Positions 42,303 to 50,993 of a stretch of DNA of 64,000 bases are shown in pieces. The stretch lies in NCBI GenBank assembly GCA_044450385.1, contig JBIOIZ010000006.1:339-64338 (forward strand), written 5' to 3'. A program made the translations under genes and the position numbers. Position 1 is the first letter of the stretch. The number at the start of each line of letters is the position of its first letter. The notes below the pieces were generated by a model. The model had not been told where the DNA came from and searched no databases. It was given only the letters and a program-made list of their open reading frames with translations. The stretch comes from Candidatus Dormibacteria bacterium. Lineage in GTDB: Bacteria > Chloroflexota > Dormibacteria > Aeolococcales > Aeolococcaceae.

Positions 42303-42638
42303 ATGGGTATCGCCAGCGCCATCCAGGAAGGAAGTCTCGCTCATGCGTGCGCCCGCACTCTCGTCCAGGAGCGCCACGAGCGCGCCCGCCGGCTCCAGGA
42401 CTTCGAGGACGTGCTCGAGTCAGTCGAAGCCCAGAACCTGCAGGCCGAAGGCGTCGTGCCCGAGGGTGTGAGAGCCCGGATCGCCGATCTCGCACGCACT
42501 CTCACCGTTCCCGCACCTGCGGCCGTCTGGACCGCACGATCAGGGGCCAGGCTCCACGATGCGCTGATGACCTGGCAGGGAGCGCTGCTCGACGAGCTCT
42601 GCCCGCATCGGGTCAGCTATGTCGACCGATTCGACTGA
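42303..42638 (+). CDS. hypothetical protein
   Basis: AAGAGG RBS, upstream promoter, helical composition. Confidence 0.65.
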   Translation: MGIASAIQEGSLAHACARTLVQERHERARRLQDFEDVLESVEAQNLQAEGVVPEGVRARIADLARTLTVPAPAAVWTARSGARLHDALMTWQGALLDELCPHRVSYVDRFD

Positions 42639-42659
42639 GGGGCGGTCGCGGGCAGTCTG

Positions 42660-43448
42660 GTGGCGCACCACATCCGCATCGGGACGTCGGGATGGCAGTA
42701 CGCCGACTGGCGCGGCGGGATCTACCCCACCGGCCTCCCGCAGCGCGCATGGCTGCAACGGTACGCCGAGGTGTTCGATACCGTCGAGCTGAACAGCAGC
42801 TTCTACCGGCTCCCGTCAGCTGCCAACTTCGAGAAATGGAAGGCATCGGTGCCGGCCGGGTTTCTCTTCGCGGTGAAGATGAGCCGTTACCTGACGCACA
42901 TCCGCGGCCTGCGCGACCCCGATGGGCCGGTGCATCTTTTCATGGAACGCGCAGGGCGGCTTGGACAGCACCTGGGGCCTATCGTCGTGCAGCTGCCGCC
43001 CACCCTGGTCAGGGACGATGCGCGGCTCGACGGTGCGTTGGGGGCGTTCCCGGATCACGTCAAGGTGGCGGTGGAGTTCCGGCATCCATCGTGGTTCGCA
43101 GAAGACGTGAGGGAGATCCTTCAGAGCCACGGAACGGGGCTGGTCTGGGCCGACCGCGGTGGAGGGCTGCAGAACCCCGAGTGGAGCACCGCCGAGTGGC
43201 TGTATCTGCGCCTCCATGGTGGCAGGGGCAGGAACGGCAACTACGGACGCACCGTGATCGCCGCTTGCGCAGACCGGCTCAGCCGTCTCGAGCGTGATGC
43301 GTTCGTGTACTTCAACAACGACACGGCGGGCAACGCCGTCCGCAACGCGCTCGCGCTTGCTGCCCGGCTGAAGACGAAATCTGGTACTGCGGCTCTACCC
43401 TTTTCCACAGAGATACCCACCAAACCTTCACGAGGAGAACGGCTATGA
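42660..43448 (+). CDS. DUF72 family protein
   Basis: IGTSGWQY, VELNSSFYRLP, QLPP, EFRHPSW, YLRLHG, YFNND. Confidence 0.93.
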   Translation: MAHHIRIGTSGWQYADWRGGIYPTGLPQRAWLQRYAEVFDTVELNSSFYRLPSAANFEKWKASVPAGFLFAVKMSRYLTHIRGLRDPDGPVHLFMERAGRLGQHLGPIVVQLPPTLVRDDARLDGALGAFPDHVKVAVEFRHPSWFAEDVREILQSHGTGLVWADRGGGLQNPEWSTAEWLYLRLHGGRGRNGNYGRTVIAACADRLSRLERDAFVYFNNDTAGNAVRNALALAARLKTKSGTAALPFSTEIPTKPSRGERL

Positions 43449-43972
43449 GAATCGCCTGCCTGCTCGACAACGATTTCGAGGATTCCGAATTCCGCCAGCC
43501 CTACGACGCCTTCACCGCCGCGGGGCATCAGGTCGTGGTGATCGGGCTCCAGCGCGACGCCAGGCTGACCGGCAAGCAGGGTAAGGAGGTCGTTCGCGTC
43601 GACCGCAGCATCGACGAGGTGTCGCCCGACGAGTTCGACGCCGTCTTCATCCCGGGCGGATATTCCCCGGATCACCTGCGCGCCGACGAGCGCATGGTCA
43701 GTTTCACCAAGGCGTTCTTTGATCGCGAGCGACCGGTTTTCGCCGTGTGCCATGGCCCGCAGCTGCTGCTCACCGCGGGCGTCGTCAAGGGACGGACGAT
43801 GACCGCATGGAAGACGATCCAGGTGGACCTCAGGGCGGCTGGAGCCAACGTCGTGGACAAGGAGGTCGTCGTCGACGGCGACCTGATCACATCGCGCCAG
43901 CCGGACGACCTCGAAGCGTTCTCGAAAGCAGCCCTCGAGATGCTCAGCAAGGTCGGCGCCGGAGCGCGGTAG
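43445..43972 (+). CDS. pfpI: PfpI/DJ-1 family deglycase-protease
   Basis: FEDSE, IPGGYSPD, CHGP, TSRQPDDL. Confidence 0.92.
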   Translation: MRIACLLDNDFEDSEFRQPYDAFTAAGHQVVVIGLQRDARLTGKQGKEVVRVDRSIDEVSPDEFDAVFIPGGYSPDHLRADERMVSFTKAFFDRERPVFAVCHGPQLLLTAGVVKGRTMTAWKTIQVDLRAAGANVVDKEVVVDGDLITSRQPDDLEAFSKAALEMLSKVGAGAR

Positions 43973-44125
43973 CCCTGTAGCGGAGTCGCCTGGGCCCGGC
44001 CGTGTGCCACCCCGGCGACTCCTGCTCCGCCGGCAATCATCCCCTTGTGAATCCGCTTGCCATTTTCGGTACCTGGCCATCATTATTAGTTATAGATTCG
44101 CTATAAGTATCGGGGAGGTCATCGG

Positions 44126-44464
44126 ATGGCCACGCAACGGCAGAAGGAGGCGGCACGGACCAACGTGCAAGCCGCGCAGCGTGCGAGCCGCACGGGAGCG
44201 GCACCGAAGCGCGGCCATGAGCTGCGTGAGCGCGATCGCAACAAGCTCGGTGCCGAGCGTTTCGCGTTCCCTGCGGAGCGCAAGGAACCCCTGACCGATG
44301 CGTCACATGTGCGCAACGCCATCGCAAGGTTCGACCAAGTCGAGGGCGTCTCGGATGCGGAGCGTGACAGGGCATGGCGAAGGATTCGCGCGGCAGCGAA
44401 GCGCCATGGCGTGGAAATCAAGGTCCGAGGCTGGCGGCAGCTCATGTCCGGCGGGAGGAGCTGA
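44126..44464 (+). CDS. DUF6582-like protein with basic N-terminal extension
   Basis: FAFPAERKEPLTDASHVRNAIARFDQV; GGGGAGG RBS. Confidence 0.8.
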   Translation: MATQRQKEAARTNVQAAQRASRTGAAPKRGHELRERDRNKLGAERFAFPAERKEPLTDASHVRNAIARFDQVEGVSDAERDRAWRRIRAAAKRHGVEIKVRGWRQLMSGGRS

Positions 44465-44573
44465 CACAGCGGCGGCCGCTGGTATTACTGGTACATCAAC
44501 CGCTGGTGAGCGGCGGAAGGGGTCCCGGGCCGAGAATGAGCGGCCTGGTTGACCCCGACCGTCGCTTTGCTTG

Positions 44574-45043
44574 TCATCCCTGATGATCGGCCTCTGATGG
44601 GGACTGGTCCGCGCGCCTTCCGACGAGAATGGCAAGGACCGCGCCATAGACGAGGTGGCCGGCAAACATGACCATCTGTCGATCACGGCGGTCACGGTGC
44701 GACGGCGGCATGATGCCGAATGCCGGCACCCATCCCATGTAGCTGACACCCCAGATCGACGCTCCGTATGCCATGCCCAGAGGCACACGAGCGATCGCGC
44801 GCTTGGGTGCGACCACACCGAAGGCCGCTCCCGCAGCCGTGCCAAAGGCGAAGTGGAGCACGGTTGCGAGAGCGTCCTGCTGCTCTGAGCTCGGCCGGAT
44901 GCCACTCCGCTTGAGAACCTTCGCGGTGATCTTCTCGGGAGGCATGCCACCCATGAGCCCGAATTGCTTCGCGCCCATCATGACGGCGCTCATCGGCGCA
45001 GTGGCCACGGTTCCGGCGACTGCGCCCCGCAGCAGCCGCTTCA
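44574..45043 (-). CDS. membrane protein (DUF1440/DUF6789-like)
   Basis: GAVAGTVATAPMS, HFAFG, SYMGWVP, HLVYG; start ATG about 45044. Confidence 0.75.
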
Positions 45044-45066
45044 TGCGCGACCCCCCTGACGACCCG

Positions 45067-45144
45067 TCACTGTGACCGCCAGAAGTAGCCGCCACCGCCG
45101 ATGATGAGCAATACGAGAACGATGATCAGGATCAGTGTCAACAC
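45067..45144 (-). CDS. 25-aa membrane micro-protein MLTLILIIVLVLLIIGGGGYFWRSQ (DUF3309-like)
   Basis: read directly from the sequence; AGGAG/GAGG RBS; TATAAT at 45184-45179; absent from the ORF track. Confidence 0.75.
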   Translation of the reverse strand: MLTLILIIVLVLLIIGGGGYFWRSQ

Positions 45145-45293
45145 AGCCTCAATCTCCTAGCTACACTCAACTAGGCAGATTATATGATAGTAGTACTGTA
45201 GGGTACGACCTCCGGACCCGCAACCCGAATCGGCTGCAGTGGTTGCATCGGAGACAATCGGTCGATCGTGCCCGGCCGAACTGCAGCAACACG

Positions 45294-45995
45294 GTGATTG
45301 CCGAGCGTCGCGTGGTCCTCCTGGTGTCCGGTGGTCTGGACTCGACAACCATGGCCTACTCGCTTCGGGCGAAGGGATACGCACTCACTGCGATCTCGTT
45401 CGACTACGGCCAGCGACACCGCAAGGAGCTGGCGTTCGCAGAGCGGATGGCGGCGGACCTTGACGCACCGTGGACGCTCATCGATCTGCATGCGGCGGGA
45501 CTCACGAGCGTTCTGAGCGGGTCGGCGCTGACGGACGACACCGTGGCGGTTCCGGACGGCCATTACGCCGACGAGAGCATGAGGATCACCTTGGTGCCGA
45601 ATCGGAACGCGATCATGCTCAGCATCGCGTGCGCACTCGCCGTGACTCGCGAGGCCGGCGCCGTCGCATTTGCCGCGCACACAGGAGATCACTTCATCTA
45701 TCCGGACTGCCGTCCGGAATTTGTGCGTGCGTTCGAGTCGATGGTCAACCTGGCCGTCGAAGGACTCGCCAGCATCGAGATCATCACGCCGTTCCTGGCG
45801 ATGACAAAGACCGACATCGTCAGGCTCGGCAGCGAATTGAACGTGCCCTTCGAGCGAACCTGGTCGTGCTACAGGGGGGGTGCGATGCACTGCGGTACCT
45901 GCGGGACCTGCTTCGAACGTCGTGAGGCATTTGCACAGGCGCATGTGACAGATCCCACGGAATACGAAACGGCATCGGAGATCGCCGGATCGTGA
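45294..45995 (+). CDS. queC: 7-cyano-7-deazaguanine synthase
   Basis: SGGLDS, YGQRH, VPNRN, YPDCR, WSCY...HCGTCGTC. Confidence 0.93.
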   Translation: MIAERRVVLLVSGGLDSTTMAYSLRAKGYALTAISFDYGQRHRKELAFAERMAADLDAPWTLIDLHAAGLTSVLSGSALTDDTVAVPDGHYADESMRITLVPNRNAIMLSIACALAVTREAGAVAFAAHTGDHFIYPDCRPEFVRAFESMVNLAVEGLASIEIITPFLAMTKTDIVRLGSELNVPFERTWSCYRGGAMHCGTCGTCFERREAFAQAHVTDPTEYETASEIAGS

Positions 45996-46005
45996 GCGGC
46001 ATAAG

Positions 46006-46044
46006 ACTGAGAGAAATCCCAGAAATGTCCAAGGAGGCTCGCAG
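46006..46044 (+). promoter_or_regulatory. four hexamers at 11-bp spacing, possible OmpR-family response-regulator site
   Basis: ACTGAG, TCCCAG, TCCAAG, TCGCAG ending at 46011, 46022, 46033, 46044. Confidence 0.35.
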
Positions 46045-46102
46045 CGCCCGTCGTTAGCGTCGTCAGTGTCGAATCAACCACCACTGACAAGGAGACCTTG
46101 AC

Positions 46103-46288
46103 ATGACGACGGACGCAATCCTTCTCAACATCGACCTCGCACTCGGCACCTGCGCAGCTGTAGCGATCGGGATGTTCGCGGTGCCGAACATCGACCGCAT
46201 CCGGACCTTCTGGCGGCTCGTGACCCGGCGCCCGGCGCGCCGCGTTCGCGAGCGGCGTCTCGTGGCGGGCGGCCTGAGCAACTCCTGA
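46103..46288 (+). CDS. 61-aa single-TM small protein
   Basis: AAGGAGA RBS; hydrophobic N-terminus, Arg-rich tail; followed by a terminator. Confidence 0.6.
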   Translation: MTTDAILLNIDLALGTCAAVAIGMFAVPNIDRIRTFWRLVTRRPARRVRERRLVAGGLSNS

Positions 46289-46337
46289 TGCTCGCCCCCC
46301 CGCCACTGATCCACCGGTACGTCGTTCGCAAAAGAGC

Positions 46338-46380
46338 GGGCCGTCTCCAAACGCTGGAGGCGGCCCTCAGCTTGTTGTTT
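46338..46380 (+). terminator. intrinsic terminator, possibly bidirectional
   Basis: GGGCCGTCTCCA-AACGC-TGGAGGCGGCCC stem, T-rich tail, AAAAG upstream. Confidence 0.65.
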
Positions 46381-46560
46381 GCCGTGTCACGCGGGCGCGC
46401 CACCGCCGGAAACCTCGACAATTCCCGGCATGGTTGTGGCAACGCTCATACCCGCAGTGGTGTCGCCTGTCGCACGAAACGCCTGATTCCCGGGATCTGG
46501 TGACGAGCAGGTACCACCTTGACGGCGTGGTGGTTGCACCAACCAGCGAAGAGCGCCGGC

Positions 46561-48882
46561 TCACGCAACAGCGTTATCGGACTCGGCGACATCGCTGTAC
46601 ACCGACCCCGAGGGGCCGAGCTCTCGCGCCGGCATCGGATGGCTGATGTAGTAGCCCTGGGCCATGTCGCAACCAATTGCGGCAAGGAGGTTCAGCGCCT
46701 CCACATCCTCAATTCCCTCGGCGACGACGCGCATATTCAGCTTGTGGCCCAGTGCAATCGTCGCTCTGACCAACGCGAGATTCCTCTCCGTGTCGCCAGT
46801 CGCGAGGCGAGTCAGGAAGCTGCGGTCGAGCTTGAGTTCGCTGACGGCGAGGCTTCCCAGATACGCGAGCGACGTCACCCCGGCGCCGAAGTCATCGATG
46901 GAAACACCCAGTCCAAGGCTGCGGAGTTGTTCAATGACGGCCTTGCAGAGATCGAAATCCCTGATGATGGTGGTCTCTGTGATCTCGAGAATCAACGACG
47001 ACGGGGCAACATCATGGGCCGCCAGTGTCGCCATGACCGATTCGCTGAACCCGGAATCGAGGAGATTGCTCGCCGAGACATTGACTGAGATCGTGAGATC
47101 CCGACCGGCAGCCCGCCATGCCGCGCATTGCCGTACTGCCTGGTCGAGAACGAGCGCCGTCAGTGACTGCATCAGACCGGCTTCTTCGGCGAGCGGCAGG
47201 AAATCGAGCGGAGGGATCAGCCCGACGCGCGGATGCGGCCAGCGGACCAACGCCTCCATCGCCGACATCTTCCCGGTGATCAGGTCGATCTGGGGCTGGT
47301 AATACACCTCGAGCTCACGAGTCTGTATGGCATGTCGCAACTCGTCGACGAGCCGCAACCGGTTGCCCTCGTCATCGAGGTCGCGCCGGTAGGTCTCGTA
47401 CGGTGACCTGCCGACCTTGGCGCGGTACATCGCGAGATCCGCGCATCGCAGGAGCGAGACGCTGTCGTTGGCATCGGTTGGTGCACTGGCGATGCCGATG
47501 CTCGCGCCGATCCGGACGCTGAGCTTGTCGAGCTCAAAGGGCTGCTCGAGCTCGGCGACGAGTCGCTGGGCGACAGCGACCGCGTAGTCCGAGTCCGTAT
47601 CCATGATGAGAACGGCGAGCTCATCTCCTCCGACGCGGACAAGGAAGTCGGTGGCACGAAGCCGGCTGGTCAAACGTGGCCCCAACTGCCTCAGCACCTC
47701 GTCTCCGGCAGCGTGACCGAAGGAGTCGTTGATCTCTTTGAAATGATCGAGGTCGACATAGAGCAGCGAAAGATGGCGCCCGGCGATCTCCGTGTCGGCT
47801 TGATCGGCGAAGAAGGCATCCAGCAGGTTGAACAGCTGTCTGCGATTCCCGAGACCGGTCAATTGATCCGTGATCGCCTGCCGGTGACGCATTTCGGTGA
47901 GGAATCGAAGTCGGCGCACGGAAAGCGCCAACCGAACGCCGACGGTGATCAGGGTCGCCGTGGCAAGGCTGATTGCGACCGGGCTCACCTGATGCAGCGT
48001 GTCGACCAACAGAATCGAGAGACCGGCGCATGCGCCCAGGCCAGGAAGGAGAAACCCGGCGCTCGCAGACGGTGCCAATGGGCTGGCGACGAGGGGACGG
48101 ACCCAGACCGCAACCGAGATCAGCAGAATCGCGATCGGCCAGGCGATCCCGTTGAAGATCGCACCGAGATGCGACGTCGTCCCTGAGCTTGCGAAGAGAT
48201 TGAACGTGTCGCCGATTGCCGTCACGCCGATGGCGGACGCAAGCAGGAGCCACTGCGGCTTTCGACCGGGAATGATTGCAGTGCCTCCAACCGCGAGGAT
48301 GAGCAGCAGGCCGTCGCCGATGGGATAGGCGAGGTCTGTCGCTACCGTCGTGGCGTTACCACCCACAGAATGCAGGACGCTGTTGAAGGCGAAGCATGCG
48401 CACAGTGCCGCCGCGCCGAGGCCGGCCACGGCGCCGTCGAGCCACGTCGCCGCACCGACGCGGCTGAGATGCTTGCGCGTCAGGAGCACGAGCGCGACGT
48501 AGACGAGGGGATAGAAGCCCAACCAGAACAGGTCAGCGAAGGATGGAACGGAGGGCGTCCCACCTCCCGCCGACTCGGCCGTCAGAATGGTGTCGCCAAG
48601 GCTCCACGAGAGAATCCCGAGGCCCAGCATGAGCGGAATCGTTCGACGGCGCGTCGACAACGCCCGCCAGATGCAGAGCGCGCTGGCAACGATTTCGAAG
48701 GCCGCAACGCCCCACCCGTCGACGACGGTATTGGATTGGGTTGGTCCGCGGACAATCAGCGAGACAAAGTACCCGAGGAGCAGGACTCCCAACGCCGCAT
48801 AGGCGCCGCGCACCCACCGCGGAGCGGAAGTCGCCGTGTGGGCAGCGGTGGCGGCACGAAGTCGTGGATGAGCAGCAGCCAC
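46561..48882 (-). CDS. membrane-bound GGDEF-EAL diguanylate cyclase/phosphodiesterase
   Basis: multi-TM N-terminus, DQLTGLGNR, GGDEL, MEALVRW, EITE, DDFG, EGIE, QGY. Confidence 0.93.
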   Translation of the reverse strand: MAAAHPRLRAATAAHTATSAPRWVRGAYAALGVLLLGYFVSLIVRGPTQSNTVVDGWGVAAFEIVASALCIWRALSTRRRTIPLMLGLGILSWSLGDTILTAESAGGGTPSVPSFADLFWLGFYPLVYVALVLLTRKHLSRVGAATWLDGAVAGLGAAALCACFAFNSVLHSVGGNATTVATDLAYPIGDGLLLILAVGGTAIIPGRKPQWLLLASAIGVTAIGDTFNLFASSGTTSHLGAIFNGIAWPIAILLISVAVWVRPLVASPLAPSASAGFLLPGLGACAGLSILLVDTLHQVSPVAISLATATLITVGVRLALSVRRLRFLTEMRHRQAITDQLTGLGNRRQLFNLLDAFFADQADTEIAGRHLSLLYVDLDHFKEINDSFGHAAGDEVLRQLGPRLTSRLRATDFLVRVGGDELAVLIMDTDSDYAVAVAQRLVAELEQPFELDKLSVRIGASIGIASAPTDANDSVSLLRCADLAMYRAKVGRSPYETYRRDLDDEGNRLRLVDELRHAIQTRELEVYYQPQIDLITGKMSAMEALVRWPHPRVGLIPPLDFLPLAEEAGLMQSLTALVLDQAVRQCAAWRAAGRDLTISVNVSASNLLDSGFSESVMATLAAHDVAPSSLILEITETTIIRDFDLCKAVIEQLRSLGLGVSIDDFGAGVTSLAYLGSLAVSELKLDRSFLTRLATGDTERNLALVRATIALGHKLNMRVVAEGIEDVEALNLLAAIGCDMAQGYYISHPMPARELGPSGSVYSDVAESDNAVA

Positions 48883-48931
48883 GGCAGAAGGTTAGATGCA
48901 CCATCGATAATCGCCTCCAACAGTCGGTGGT

Positions 48932-48959
48932 CCATCGGTTACAGAACCGCACGATTTTG
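48932..48959 (-). promoter_or_regulatory. FliA/WhiG (sigma28)-like promoter
   Basis: CAAA-N16-ACCGATGG about 50 nt upstream of the GGDEF-EAL start. Confidence 0.4.
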
Positions 48960-49019
48960 TGGTCAGCCAGACGCGGATCCGGCCAGAAGTTCAGGCGTCG
49001 GTTTATCTGGGAGAAGGTC

Positions 49020-49487
49020 ATGCCCGAATACAAACCGTCCGGATACCAGAGCGTTGTGCCGTATCTCGTCGTCGACGGCGCCGAACGTCTGATCGCCTTC
49101 ATCCTCGATGTGCTCGGAGGCACCGAGGTCATGCGTCTCCCCGGTCCCGACGGCCGGCTCGGTCACGCAGAGGTGCGCGTGGGCGACTCCGTGGTCATGC
49201 TCGCCGATCCTCCGTCCCCGGATGCCACCACCAAAGCGATGCTGCACGTGTATGTCCCAGATTCAGACGCCACGTATGCACGTGCAATGGCCGCGGGCGC
49301 CACATCACTGCGCGAGCCGACGACCGAGTTCTATGGTGATCGGATGTCCGGGGTGCAGGACGCGTTTGGGAACCAGTGGTACTTCGCCACGCACGTCGAG
49401 GACGTCTCGGAAGAGGAGATGGCCCGGCGAGCTGCGGAGCTGGCCGGGCAGGGCGCGCCCGCTTCGTCCCAGGCCACGCTGCTGTGA
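49020..49487 (+). CDS. VOC family (PhnB-like) protein
   Basis: VVPYL, HAEVRVGDS, FYGDR, DAFGNQW. Confidence 0.9.
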   Translation: MPEYKPSGYQSVVPYLVVDGAERLIAFILDVLGGTEVMRLPGPDGRLGHAEVRVGDSVVMLADPPSPDATTKAMLHVYVPDSDATYARAMAAGATSLREPTTEFYGDRMSGVQDAFGNQWYFATHVEDVSEEEMARRAAELAGQGAPASSQATLL

Positions 49488-49549
49488 GACACGGCGTCCA
49501 ATCGTCCGATTAGAGGAGCCGAAGTAGCGTCGATTACGAAGCCGGCGTT

Positions 49550-49945
49550 TCAGGCGAGCGCGGTCGGCAATGCTCCCGTCATCTGCTCCACCTTGGAGGT
49601 GAGTTGACGCGGCGTCACGTCTGCCTTGACCAGGAACTCGAGGGCTCCCAGCTGCAGTCCGCGCTGCTGCAACTCGGGGTCGCCGTAATTGCTCAGGATG
49701 ATGACGGGAATCTGCGCCGTCGCAGGCATCGCCCGCAGGCGCTCGAGCACCTCGAAGCCGTCGAGTTTCGGCAGGCGAAGGTCGAGATAGATGAAGTCAG
49801 GGAGCTCGGCAACCGCCAGCCGCAGCCCCTCTTCACCATCGCTTCCGACGACCACGTCGTAGCCGTCCCCAGTCAGTCGCAGGCGGTACATCTCCGCCGC
49901 CTCGGCGTCGTCCTCGATAACGAGGACCTTCACAATCTCCTCCAC
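49550..49945 (-). CDS. single-domain response regulator
   Basis: VIEDD, YLDLRLPKLDG, ILSN, VK; GAGGAGG RBS. Confidence 0.9.
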   Translation of the reverse strand: MEEIVKVLVIEDDAEAAEMYRLRLTGDGYDVVVGSDGEEGLRLAVAELPDFIYLDLRLPKLDGFEVLERLRAMPATAQIPVIILSNYGDPELQQRGLQLGALEFLVKADVTPRQLTSKVEQMTGALPTALA

Positions 49946-50127
49946 CCGAAATCCTCCTCACAAACTTGTTCTACGCGGGTCAGCCCCTGAGCCGGTCGCA
50001 GATTTATCAGGAGTTCGTCGCTCGGTACGCTAACGTACCGAGAGCTTAAAATCAAGCCTGTAGCCGCATAAACGGAGCGTGAGGGAGTTCCGGGAAGTGA
50101 TGAGAACGACGGTCACCTGCGCTGGAC

Positions 50128-50946
50128 ATGGCTCTCACTGATCGCCCTTGGGAATCGCCTGCGGGGGCGCCGTTTCGCACCGGCTCCGGAGGCCGTGAAG
50201 ACCAGCCGTGGGTCCGGGAGTTCGATGACCCTGCGAGGGAGTGGCGCCGGCTGTTCTCGGAGTTGCTCGGGACCTTTCTCCTGGTCCTCGCCGCGGTCGG
50301 CGCCGGCGTGACTGAATCCGCCACGGGTGTCCCGATCTCTCGAGCGGCCGCAGTCACCGCGCCGGGGCTCATGGTCATGGCGGTCATCCTGTTCATGGGC
50401 AAAGTTGGCGGCGCTCACCTCAACCCGGTTGTGAGCCTGGCATTTGCGCTTCGTCGCGAGTTTCCCTGGCGCCGCGTGCCGGGCTATGTCGTCGCGCAAA
50501 TTGCGGGAGGAGTGCTCGCGTGCCTCTTCTTGTGGGCGGTCGTTGGTCGACCGGATACACACGGCGCAACCATCCCGGCCCCCGCACTCGGCGATGTTCG
50601 GGCGATGGTAGTCGAGATGGCCCTCACCATGGGGTTGGTCAGCGTCATTCTTGGCACGGCGTCAAGTGCGCAGAACGTCGGCGGTCTCTCTGCGGTGGCG
50701 GTGGGCGCGTACATCGCGCTTGCCGGACTCTGGTCAAGCCCGCTCAGCGGCGCTTCAATGAACCCGGTGCGGTCATTCGCCCCGGACCTCATCCGAGGAG
50801 ACCTTTTGCACACGTGGGTTTACATTGTCGGTCCGCTGGCGGGCGCGCTCATTGCGGTGTTCTTCGCGGTGTTGCTTCGCGGCCGAGGCGGTGACCCGAG
50901 CGCGACCCAGGCGGCCCAAGGGGACGACCAGGCTCCAGGACACTGA
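50128..50946 (+). CDS. MIP/aquaporin family channel
   Basis: ELLGTF, GAHLNPVVS, GASMNPVRS, WVYIVGP. Confidence 0.92.
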   Translation: MALTDRPWESPAGAPFRTGSGGREDQPWVREFDDPAREWRRLFSELLGTFLLVLAAVGAGVTESATGVPISRAAAVTAPGLMVMAVILFMGKVGGAHLNPVVSLAFALRREFPWRRVPGYVVAQIAGGVLACLFLWAVVGRPDTHGATIPAPALGDVRAMVVEMALTMGLVSVILGTASSAQNVGGLSAVAVGAYIALAGLWSSPLSGASMNPVRSFAPDLIRGDLLHTWVYIVGPLAGALIAVFFAVLLRGRGGDPSATQAAQGDDQAPGH

Positions 50947-50993
50947 GGTCCAGGAATCACCTCCGCAGCCGCGAGGCCAGCAGGTGACCTCGA

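Noticed and set aside
45155-45176. CTAGCTACAC upstream of queC, matching the loop of the B. subtilis preQ1-I riboswitch
   Set aside because: No matching P1 stem and no A-rich tail; it is about 120 nt from the start and doubles as the leader of the opposite-strand micro-protein.
46367-46564. Cys/His-rich 65-aa ORF overlapping the GGDEF-EAL stop
   Set aside because: No RBS, atypical composition and no recognisable motif.
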